From: Candidatus Krumholzibacteriia bacterium
GTDB lineage: Bacteria; Krumholzibacteriota; Krumholzibacteriia; WVZY01
Direction: 5' to 3'
Assembly (NCBI GenBank): GCA_036478295.1
Contig: JAZGDW010000120.1
Location: forward strand, 1-20,463
DNA: 20,463 bases
Shown here: in pieces, positions 1-7,214 of the stretch
How positions within the stretch are numbered: the first letter of the stretch is position 1
Layout of the letters: each line of letters starts with the position of its first letter
Made by a program: the position numbers and the translations under genes
The notes under the pieces: model-generated
Databases searched by the model: none
Seen by the model: only the letters and a program-made list of their open reading frames with translations
What the model was told of the DNA's origin: nothing

Positions 1-2
1 CG

Positions 3-365
3 TATTTCGAAGGCGTGGACAGGATCCGCGTGATTCAATCCCACGGTGGGCCGTCGCTTATTGCGGTAGAGCTTCCTGGAGTACCGGAAAGTTTCCTGCT
101 CCACCAGAACTATCCAAACCCGTTCAATCCGACCACGACGATCACCTATTCGATCGCCAAGGATGCGGACGTTGAGTTGCTAATCTACGACGTGCGTGGT
201 GCACTCGTCAGGACGCTGGTCCAAGAACACCTTACGAGCAATAATTATAAGGTCAGGTGGGATGGCAAAGACAACGCGGGCAATGGCGTTTCAACTGGCG
301 TCTATTTCTACCGACTGAGGGCGGGGACATTCACCTCAACGAAGAAAATGGTACTGCTCCGCTGA
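3..365 (+). CDS. C-terminal part of a secreted protein with FlgD-Ig / T9SS-type C-terminal domain (5' truncated by window)
   Basis: Frame is open from position 3 (YFEGVDRIRV...). Ends with LHQNYPNPFNPTTTITY...LLIYDVRGALVRTL...WDGKDNAG..VSTGVYFYRLRAG...TKKMVLLR*, a typical FCB-group C-terminal domain. Confidence 0.9.
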   Translation, partial: YFEGVDRIRVIQSHGGPSLIAVELPGVPESFLLHQNYPNPFNPTTTITYSIAKDADVELLIYDVRGALVRTLVQEHLTSNNYKVRWDGKDNAGNGVSTGVYFYRLRAGTFTSTKKMVLLR

Positions 366-430
366 TCACCGCCCCTACAACATCCTCTATTACATGCAAG
401 CGATCTGGGATCATGCGACACCAGGCTTAG

Positions 431-465
431 AAAAAGCGTCCCTCCCAAACGACGGGAGGGGCGCT
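431..465 (-). terminator. Probable intrinsic terminator of the HTH-CPBP operon (possibly bidirectional)
   Basis: Arms AGCGTCCCTCCC (435-446) and GGGAGGGGCGCT (454-465) with one mismatch and a 7-nt loop. A5 at 431-435 gives a U-tract on the minus strand. Lies between convergent genes. Confidence 0.65.
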
Positions 466-498
466 ACTGCAGTCACGTTGCTCAATGTGCCGCCCGCG

Positions 499-1203
499 TT
501 ATGCCGCAGCGTGTGACATTGCTTTTCGGCCCACAAATCCACTGTTCACATCCACGAACGCGTGCAGAACCATTGGCGCCCACAGTGATCCAGTGAGCAC
601 GTACAGGCCGGCCAGCGCCAGGCCAATGACGCCGGTTTTCAGGATACCAACTTTGCCCTGGTACATGTGCCCGACGCCGAATGCGATCGATGACAGTGCA
701 ACGGCCAGCCATATGTCGACGAAGGCGCCGAAGTACGCGATCAAAAAACCGCGGTACAAAAATTCCTCGCATATGCCGGCGGTGACCGACACAGCATTGA
801 AAAGCTGTCCTTCCTTTGTGCTATGAGGGAGCAACGCGCGGAATGGCTCGACTTGCTCGCGCATTTTCGCGAGTGCTTCCGAATTCCGAATTGTCGAAAA
901 AGTTTGATAGATAGAAACCGCGATGACCACAATGGTGGCACCCGCGCCGATCCACCAGCCTAATGTCACGTCGAAACCAAGACCCAGATCCGCGAGGTTC
1001 CTGCCGCCGGGCAACCAGAACGCCAGAACGGCCGCGACGAGAATCCATTCGACAACCAGTGTGAGGTAGTACGTCTGGGCACGGGCACCGGGCACACCTG
1101 CGCTCACCTTTCTCTGCAGACGACGGTGCTCCAATACAGCATGGATGGGTAAAGCCACGACGAGGATTAGTGTCATCACATGATCGAACATTCCAAGGTT
1201 CAT
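499..1203 (-). CDS. CPBP (CAAX/Abi) family intramembrane glutamic endopeptidase, ~234 aa
   Basis: Several hydrophobic helices; motifs EEFLYRG, FGVGH and HAFVD. Start moved to ATG 1203 (MNLGMF), preceded by AGAAGGAG. Confidence 0.9.
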   Translation of the reverse strand: MNLGMFDHVMTLILVVALPIHAVLEHRRLQRKVSAGVPGARAQTYYLTLVVEWILVAAVLAFWLPGGRNLADLGLGFDVTLGWWIGAGATIVVIAVSIYQTFSTIRNSEALAKMREQVEPFRALLPHSTKEGQLFNAVSVTAGICEEFLYRGFLIAYFGAFVDIWLAVALSSIAFGVGHMYQGKVGILKTGVIGLALAGLYVLTGSLWAPMVLHAFVDVNSGFVGRKAMSHAAA

Positions 1204-1219
1204 TATGAGCTCCTTCTGT

Positions 1220-1813
1220 CTAGTTTTCGCCGCGTCCGCGAAGGGGCAGCAAGGCAAGTGTGAATGAGAGGTACTCATCGGCGTCGGGCGACACGGTGAC
1301 CCGCCGGCCCTCGCGTTCAAATATTTTTTCGATCGCTCGAAGATGTTGATTAATTTCCGCCAGAGTGGACCGGGTCGTGCGGCAGTGCAGGCGCCCTGCA
1401 ATAGCGTTACGATGTTTGCCGGATGTGCGGGCCGTGCCGGATGTCAACGCGGACTCGAGGTCACGCTCGGCCATGCGGAATGCCAAGGACAAGGTCTTGA
1501 TCGCCGCACGCACCGCCGACTGCGAGTCCGGTTCGACCGGAAACTCGAAGCGATTGGCGACGGGTTCGTAGAGCGCTTCGGATTTTTTTGTGCCCGGACG
1601 CGAACCGGTGCGGACTAGCAGCCCCACTTTTTCAAGAATTCGGAAGTGGTAATAGAGGGTAGCCGCGGGACGTCCCATGCGCTCGGCGACTTCAGCGATG
1701 GACATCCCGCCGGGCGACGTGAACTGTCCCAGTATCTCGAGTCGAATGGGGGAACTCACCGCCGTGCGTTGCGCGGCGCTCTCTAGTAGATATGATTTCT
1801 GGCGTTGGCTCAT
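1220..1813 (-). CDS. Winged helix-turn-helix (ArsR-like) transcriptional regulator, 197 aa
   Basis: SSPIRLEIL...MSIAEVAERMGRPAATLYYHFRILEKVGLL...EALYE is an ArsR-type HTH, followed by a C-terminal extension. Ends 16 nt before the CPBP gene. Confidence 0.85.
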   Translation of the reverse strand: MSQRQKSYLLESAAQRTAVSSPIRLEILGQFTSPGGMSIAEVAERMGRPAATLYYHFRILEKVGLLVRTGSRPGTKKSEALYEPVANRFEFPVEPDSQSAVRAAIKTLSLAFRMAERDLESALTSGTARTSGKHRNAIAGRLHCRTTRSTLAEINQHLRAIEKIFEREGRRVTVSPDADEYLSFTLALLPLRGRGEN

Positions 1814-1819
1814 ACATGA

Positions 1820-1880
1820 ACAATAGCCCAGTGTTGTAATTAGTCAAGATATTTTAATTAATAAATAGAGATAATTACAA
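1820..1880 (-). promoter_or_regulatory. Putative sigma70 promoter and inverted-repeat operator of the HTH-CPBP operon
   Basis: Minus-strand TTGACT (1847-1842), 16 nt, TATTGT (1825-1820). Perfect 9-bp inverted repeat TTGTAATTA (1834-1842) / TAATTACAA (1872-1880) in an AT-rich patch. Confidence 0.5.
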
Positions 1881-2005
1881 TATTATTACATTGATTATCC
1901 ACGAGCGCCACCAAAAATTACTATAACCTATTAGTGATTATAGCGTTACGTGTGTGAGACGCCGTCGTCGATCTTTACGAGGTTGCGGTTTTGACCCCGG
2001 CCAGG

Positions 2006-2046
2006 TTGACGGACACAGCAGTATAGTGTATATTCATTGTATACAC
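2006..2046 (+). promoter_or_regulatory. sigma70 promoter and autoregulatory operator of mazEF
   Basis: TTGACG (2006-2011), 17 nt, TATATT (2029-2034). Inverted repeat GTGTATA (2026-2032) / TATACAC (2040-2046) overlaps the -10 and expected start site. Confidence 0.75.
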
Positions 2047-2058
2047 ATGGAGGTATCG

Positions 2059-2301
2059 ATGGTTACCAAAATCATTAAGTGGGGCAACAGCTTAGGGCTG
2101 CGGATTCCGAAGGCTTTTGCCAAACAGGTGGGAGTTGAAGAGGGATCTGCCGTTGACATCTCGCTCGACGGGGACCGAATCGTGATCCGACCGGCGACTT
2201 CCGTGCGATATCGAGCCTCTGATCTCGTCTCGGAAATCCGGGAAGACAACATTCACGAAGAAATCGCGACCGGGGATGCGGTGGGGCGTGAGGTCTGGTG
2301 A
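2059..2301 (+). CDS. mazE: AbrB/MazE family antitoxin, 80 aa
   Basis: KIIKWGNSLGLRIPK...C-terminal VGREVW is a MazE signature. GGAGGT RBS at 2049-2054. TGATG stop/start overlap with the toxin. Confidence 0.93.
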   Translation: MVTKIIKWGNSLGLRIPKAFAKQVGVEEGSAVDISLDGDRIVIRPATSVRYRASDLVSEIREDNIHEEIATGDAVGREVW

Positions 2302-2648
2302 TGGCCCGGCGATACATCCCGGGGCGTGGTGATATTGTCTGGCTTCAGTTCAACCCGCAGGCGGGTCACGAACAGGCTGGCATTCGCCCGGCGCTGGTGA
2401 TATCGCCAAAGGTATACAACCAAAAGGTGGGGCTTGGCCTGTTTTGTCCCATCACATCACATGTGAAAGGGTATCCGTTCGAGGTCTTGCTTCCGGAAGG
2501 ACTCAAAGTAACCGGTGCGATCTTGTCCGATCAGGTCAAGAGCCTGGATTGGCGCGTGCGGAGGGCAAAGCGGTTTGCCAAAGCACCGAGGGAAGTCGTT
2601 GGCGAGGTTTTGGCGAAGATACTGGCGTTGGTCGGGGACGATTCGTAA
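2301..2648 (+). CDS. mazF: MazF/PemK endoribonuclease toxin, 115 aa
   Basis: YIPGRGDIVWLQFNPQAGHEQAGIRPALVISPKVYN...CPITS..KGYPFEV...DQVKSLDWR closely follows the MazF/ChpA pattern. Confidence 0.95.
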   Translation: MARRYIPGRGDIVWLQFNPQAGHEQAGIRPALVISPKVYNQKVGLGLFCPITSHVKGYPFEVLLPEGLKVTGAILSDQVKSLDWRVRRAKRFAKAPREVVGEVLAKILALVGDDS

Positions 2649-2835
2649 CGGCTCGCCAATTCTTGAACTTTGGAAGCTTCGTCGCCCCGCGGATCCAGGC
2701 GGCAGATTCCCGGCTCTCGAACTTGGAACGATTACAATGACTCCTTTGTGAAACGAGACGACCTTGCCTCACGTCTCATCCGTCCAACCAACCTCGCGAT
2801 AACGGGTCGGGTATCCTCCGATGTGAAGGCCCGGT

Positions 2836-2934
2836 GTCATAACCCGTCATAATCGAGCTATATGATGTCATAGCCGCTGTAAATGCGAACCTATCCAGTT
2901 ATAAGCGGTTATAAGAGTTATAATCCTGTTATAA
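2836..2934. repeat. Array of GTYATAA-like heptamers at ~10-bp spacing
   Basis: GTCATAA 2836 and 2846; GCTATAT 2857; GTCATAG 2867; GCTGTAA 2876; GTTATAA 2898, 2908, 2917, 2928. Includes a perfect TATAAT at 2919-2924. Confidence 0.75.
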
Positions 2935-3027
2935 AGCGAAAAGGGTGAATAAAAGGCGATTATGGTGGGTAATACCAGTAGTCGCCGGCCTGGCGGCCGT
3001 CTTCTATCAAACGACAGGAGGATGCCG

Positions 3028-3519
3028 ATGGCTGCTCTAGCGTGCACCGATTTCGATCGTGAAAAGGTTCAGGAGCTGTACTGCTCGGACGTGGTTGCGC
3101 AGGCTGTGTTCGATTATCTGAAAGACCACGGGGCCGGTACGCGAGAGACGACGCTCGAAGGAGTCGAGAACGGCCTCACCGAGCAGGGCAAGAAGGTGTC
3201 GAGGAGTGAGCTGATCGATTTTTTCAAGACGCTCGAGGCACTCAGCCTCGGGACATTCATCGTTGGGCGCCGTGGGCGGGCATCGAGATTCCGATGGAGT
3301 GTCAACCCGGCCGAGCTGGCCGTTGTTGCCAGCGGCGGGATCGAAGACGGGGACGCTGCGGGAAGTGAAGGCGGGAATGGCGGCTCCGAAGCCGAAACGA
3401 TCACCCACCAGTATGTCCTGCGGCCTGGATTCATCCTCAAACTCAGGTTGCCGGTCGATCTTTCGAATGAGGAGGCATCGAGATTGGCGGGTTTTTTGAG
3501 GTCGCTGCCGTTTGAGTAG
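3028..3519 (+). CDS. Uncharacterised two-domain protein with probable N-terminal winged-helix domain, ~163 aa
   Basis: AGGAGG at 3016-3021 before ATG 3028. SRSELIDFFKTLEALSLGTFIVGRRGRASRFRW reads as recognition helix plus basic wing, then a Gly/acidic linker and a compact C-terminal HQYVLRP...LRLPVDLSNEEASRLAGFL domain. Confidence 0.75.
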   Translation: MAALACTDFDREKVQELYCSDVVAQAVFDYLKDHGAGTRETTLEGVENGLTEQGKKVSRSELIDFFKTLEALSLGTFIVGRRGRASRFRWSVNPAELAVVASGGIEDGDAAGSEGGNGGSEAETITHQYVLRPGFILKLRLPVDLSNEEASRLAGFLRSLPFE

Positions 3520-3597
3520 TCCGTGCGCCACCGGGATTCGGGACCGGGATGAAACCAGGGTGCCGTAGGGGACGTAGTACGTGTGGTGGTGACGGCG

Positions 3598-4245
3598 ATG
3601 CGGCTCAAGAAAATGGCACTCTACCTCGCGGCATCTCTGGCCGCTCTCTCCCTGGTATTCCACTTCGTTTATCGCCCCTGGCAGTTGACCTGGGGCGCGA
3701 CCGATGAAGAAGTCGCCCGTCGCATGGTCGGGGACGACATCGTGACGAACCCCACCTTCGACGCCACGCGGGCGGTCACCATTCAGGCAACTCCCGAAGA
3801 AATCTGGCCATGGATAATTCAAATCGGCTACAAGAAGGCCGGGTTCTACAGCTGGGACCGTCTGGATAACGCCGGCATTCCCAGCGCCGAGCGCATCATA
3901 CCCGAGTACCAGGACCTGAAGGTCGGCGACCGCATACCCTTAAGCCGGGCGGAGTATGCCCGCGTGACGGCGCTGGAGCCCAACAGGCACATGCTGCTGG
4001 TATTCGAGTGGGAGGAGAGCGCCACCTGGGCGTGGGGCATTTACCAGACCGGCCCGCGGCAATCGCGCCTGGTGACCCGCCTGCGGGTCCGGGTGGAGAG
4101 CGCCATGGCGAGATTGTCCCTGGACGCCTTCGAACTCATCATGATGCGGAAATGCCTCCTGGGTATCAAGCGGCGGTCGGAATCCGTAGCCCGTCCGTCG
4201 GGCCTGGGCGCTGCCGCTAATATGGGACAACCTGTGGTAAAATAA
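3598..4245 (+). CDS. SRPBCC/START-like protein with N-terminal membrane anchor
   Basis: WGATDEE...GDD...TRAVTIQATPEEIWPWIIQIG..KAGFYSWDRLDN...SAERIIPEYQDLKVGD pattern. Start uncertain (3583, 3598 or 3613). Confidence 0.75.
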   Translation: MRLKKMALYLAASLAALSLVFHFVYRPWQLTWGATDEEVARRMVGDDIVTNPTFDATRAVTIQATPEEIWPWIIQIGYKKAGFYSWDRLDNAGIPSAERIIPEYQDLKVGDRIPLSRAEYARVTALEPNRHMLLVFEWEESATWAWGIYQTGPRQSRLVTRLRVRVESAMARLSLDAFELIMMRKCLLGIKRRSESVARPSGLGAAANMGQPVVK

Positions 4246-4285
4246 GTGCCAAGTGAAGGAGAAGTACAAGGGAAAGGATTAGATC

Positions 4286-5233
4286 ATGGCCAAGAGATTC
4301 GCTCTTGTCTCGCTTGGGATTCTCTTGATAGCACCCCTGTTCTTCAACGCCTGTTCCGACGATGTTGTAGTGCCCCCTCCCGTGAGCCCGCAACCGCCCA
4401 AATTTATTCTCAAGTGGGGCTCACAGGGCACAGGCGACGGCCAGTTCGTTGCCCCCAGTGACATCGCGGTAGACGACACCGGCAACGTCTACGTGGCGGA
4501 TCAGGGTAACGATCGCATTCAGAAGTTTAACGGTAATGGGACGTTTCTTATGAAGTGGGGCTCACGGGGCACAGGCGATGGCCAGTTCTTGTCACCCAGC
4601 GGCGTTGCCATGGACGGCAGCGGCAGCGTCTACGTGGCGGATGCCCATCGCATTCAGAAGTTTGACGGCCATGGGGCATTTCTTAGCAAGTGGGGCTCAC
4701 AGGGCACAGGCGACGGCCAGTTCAACTACCCCAACGGCGTTGCAGTGGACGGTGGCGGCAATGTCTACGTGGCGGATGGGGGTAACAATCGCATTCAGAA
4801 GTTTGATGGCAATGGGACGTTTCTCACTGCGTGGGGTTCATTTGGATCTGGTAATGGCCAGTTCTCCTGGGCCGGCGGCATTGCCGTGGACGGTAGCGGC
4901 AATGTCTACGTGGCAGATTTGTTTAACCACCGCATTCAGAAGTTTGACGATACGGGGGCATTTCTTATGAAGTGGGGCTCACAGGGTACGAGCGACGGCC
5001 AGTTCGATCAGCCCTTGTTCATTGCCGTGGACGGCAGCGGCAGCGTCTACGTGGTGGATGCGGATAACGCTCGCATTCAGAAGTTTGACGGCACGGGGGC
5101 ATTTCTTATGAAGTGGGGCTCACAGGGTACGGGCAACGGGCAGTTCTTGTTACCCATTGGCATTGCGGTAGACGGCACCGGCAACGTCTACGTGGCGGAT
5201 CAGAACAACCATCGCATTCAGAAGTTCAAGTAG
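4286..5233 (+). CDS. NHL-repeat six-bladed beta-propeller lipoprotein, 315 aa
   Basis: Signal peptide with lipobox FNAC and Pro-rich linker, then six repeats of KWGSQGTGDGQF..P..IAVDG.GNVYVAD..N.RIQKFD. Confidence 0.92.
   Translation: MAKRFALVSLGILLIAPLFFNACSDDVVVPPPVSPQPPKFILKWGSQGTGDGQFVAPSDIAVDDTGNVYVADQGNDRIQKFNGNGTFLMKWGSRGTGDGQFLSPSGVAMDGSGSVYVADAHRIQKFDGHGAFLSKWGSQGTGDGQFNYPNGVAVDGGGNVYVADGGNNRIQKFDGNGTFLTAWGSFGSGNGQFSWAGGIAVDGSGNVYVADLFNHRIQKFDDTGAFLMKWGSQGTSDGQFDQPLFIAVDGSGSVYVVDADNARIQKFDGTGAFLMKWGSQGTGNGQFLLPIGIAVDGTGNVYVADQNNHRIQKFK
4412..5230 (+). repeat. Six intragenic tandem repeats of 141 bp (one of 135 bp)
   Basis: Units start at 4412, 4553, 4688, 4829, 4970 and 5111. Shared DNA blocks include AAGTGGGGCTCAC (divergent in unit 4), GTCTACGTGG and CGCATTCAGAAGTT. 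Confidence 0.9.
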
Positions 5234-5406
5234 TGGCAGTTGACTCGACCCGGGCGTGGTCCTTGGATCAGCCCGTGCTCCGGCCGACCCACAGCATGCA
5301 GGGCTTCCCCGTAGGTGCTCTTGAGACCTGGCGCGGTTCTCCAGTGCGACGCTCAAAAAAGCTCTAACGTCGGCCCAGTTTTGGAGAGATCTGAGAGCCG
5401 GATGAA

Positions 5407-7083
5407 TCACCTCAAGAGCGTCAGCTTCTTCACCCCGACGAACGACCCGGCTCTAAGCTGATAGAAATAGACCCCGCTGGCAACGTCAAAGCCTAAATCG
5501 TTCTTTCCGTCCCAGCGCACGGTATAAACATCAGGAAGTTGCCGCTCACTTACGAGCCGTCGAACCCGTTGGCCGAGGACGTTGTAGACCGTGAGCTCGA
5601 CATGGCTCAAGACCGGTACTTCGTAGCGAATCGTGGTCTCGGGATTGAAGGGATTCGGGAAGTTTTGGGAGAGATGAAACGTAGCCGGCGCTTTGCCTGC
5701 CTGAATCCCGGTAGCGAGCTTGAACGCCACCTGATCAGCGAGCCCCACGCTGGTCAGCACTGTGTCGCCGAAGGTCGCTGGGCCGGAAAAACTGCCGGCG
5801 ACGATGAGGTTATTCGAGCGGTCGGTGATGATCCGAACCCCGCCGTCCTTCTCCGGGCCGCCAAATGTAAGTACCCACCGAAGATTACCGGCGGTGCTGT
5901 AGCTCGCGACAAAGCCATCCCGCGACCCACTGCTCGTGAGAGTGGTATCGCCGAAAGCGGCACCGGAGAAGAAGGTGCCCGTGACAAATAAGTTGTCAGA
6001 ATTGTCCGTCGTTATTCCCTGCGCAAAATCAGGGAGTGCGCTGCCTGCTGAGCGAGCCCAAAGTGCGTTCCCCTTCCCATCATACTTGGCGATAAGCACA
6101 TCTGGGCCGCCCTCGCTCACGAGCGCGTTACCGGCCACCACTACCGTGTCCGTAAACGATCCGGCGACGAGAAGACTGCCGGATTGATCTCGTACCATTT
6201 CAAAGGATACATCATCGCCGGTTCCACCGACTTGTCGAACCCAGAGTAGATTGCCGGCTCCGTCGTACTTCACGATAAGAATATCGTCCCCACCGGCACT
6301 GGTCAGCACCGTGTCCCCAAGTGAAGAAATCCCGCCAAAAGTCGATGTCACAATAATATCGCCCGATTCGTCGACGACCAGATTACCAACTCCCGAACGA
6401 CTTAGAGCGTTTCCACCTGCCTGCCGGATCCACAAGAGACGGCCATCCGGGGCGTACTTCGCGGTGAAGATCTCGTCTACACCTGGGGCTGTGAGGGTTG
6501 TATCATCAAAGGTTGTCGTTCCATTAAAAAGTCCAGTAACAATGACGTTACCCGCGGTATCGGCACAGATATCCCTTCCCCCGTTTAGAAAAAAAGTTGC
6601 CCCAGGATGCGGCACCCCAAGTGCCTGCTTGGCCCACAGGACGTTGTAGTCCGCGTCAAACTTGGCGACAAAAAACTCAAGGCTAAAGATACCGAGATCC
6701 GTTGATGTCAGGACTGAATCGCCAAGGGTCGCCGTGCCAGAGAAGCTTCCTGTGATGAGTATATTCCCCTGGTGGTCCAGCGCGAGGCCGGCGTGGATGG
6801 TTTCAGTGGAGCGTATCTGATGAAATGAGACCACATCGAGATTTCTATCGAACTTCAGGATGAGGGCGTCACTCCCCAGGCTCGTAAGGGTTGAATCCCC
6901 TATGGTCACTGTCCCTCGGAACACGGTCGCGGCGTAAATGTTGCCCACATCATCCGCGGTGATGCCCCCAGGGCCCAATTCGCTGAACTGCTTAATCCAC
7001 AGATAATCCGGCGCTTGTGCGTGGGCACTGGCCAAGAGTACGAGGGCTGAAAAGAGACAGGTGGGCATAAGCAGGCGCATCAT
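5407..7083 (-). CDS. Secreted SBBP-like beta-propeller repeat protein with C-terminal FlgD-Ig / T9SS-type domain
   Basis: Signal peptide MMRLLMPTCLFSALVLLASAHA|Q. Repeats D..GN..VTG.F.G...FGDT.LTS.G..D....KYD..G..LW. C-terminal LSQNFPNPFNPETTIRY...GVYFYQLRAG...KKLTLLR. Start 7083 or 7080. Confidence 0.88.
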   Translation of the reverse strand: MMRLLMPTCLFSALVLLASAHAQAPDYLWIKQFSELGPGGITADDVGNIYAATVFRGTVTIGDSTLTSLGSDALILKFDRNLDVVSFHQIRSTETIHAGLALDHQGNILITGSFSGTATLGDSVLTSTDLGIFSLEFFVAKFDADYNVLWAKQALGVPHPGATFFLNGGRDICADTAGNVIVTGLFNGTTTFDDTTLTAPGVDEIFTAKYAPDGRLLWIRQAGGNALSRSGVGNLVVDESGDIIVTSTFGGISSLGDTVLTSAGGDDILIVKYDGAGNLLWVRQVGGTGDDVSFEMVRDQSGSLLVAGSFTDTVVVAGNALVSEGGPDVLIAKYDGKGNALWARSAGSALPDFAQGITTDNSDNLFVTGTFFSGAAFGDTTLTSSGSRDGFVASYSTAGNLRWVLTFGGPEKDGGVRIITDRSNNLIVAGSFSGPATFGDTVLTSVGLADQVAFKLATGIQAGKAPATFHLSQNFPNPFNPETTIRYEVPVLSHVELTVYNVLGQRVRRLVSERQLPDVYTVRWDGKNDLGFDVASGVYFYQLRAGSFVGVKKLTLLR

Positions 7084-7214
7084 GGTTGTCCAAGCACGGG
7101 GATGGGGAAGGTTGGGTACGTTCTGAGTAACACAATGATATGACAGCATTCTTCATAAATCCACGTGCTTCATCCAGCTCGGGGGAAACGCGCCTCGGAC
7201 GTTCGTGCGGACTA

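Noticed and set aside
1204..1401. N-terminal extension of the CPBP ORF to 1401
   Set aside because: Overlaps the HTH gene, and a good RBS precedes ATG 1203. The extensions of mazE (1954), the wHTH gene (2962), 10404 and 20155 were trimmed because of better RBS-led downstream starts.
2649..2728. Imperfect direct repeat TCTTGAACTTTGGAA / TCTCGAACTTGGAA downstream of mazF
   Set aside because: Short, gapped and only two copies; cannot be separated from chance.
4412..5230. Regular repeats with variable inserts resembling a CRISPR array or DGR
   Set aside because: Units are in-frame 141-bp coding NHL blades. No cas gene, reverse transcriptase or separate template repeat in the window.
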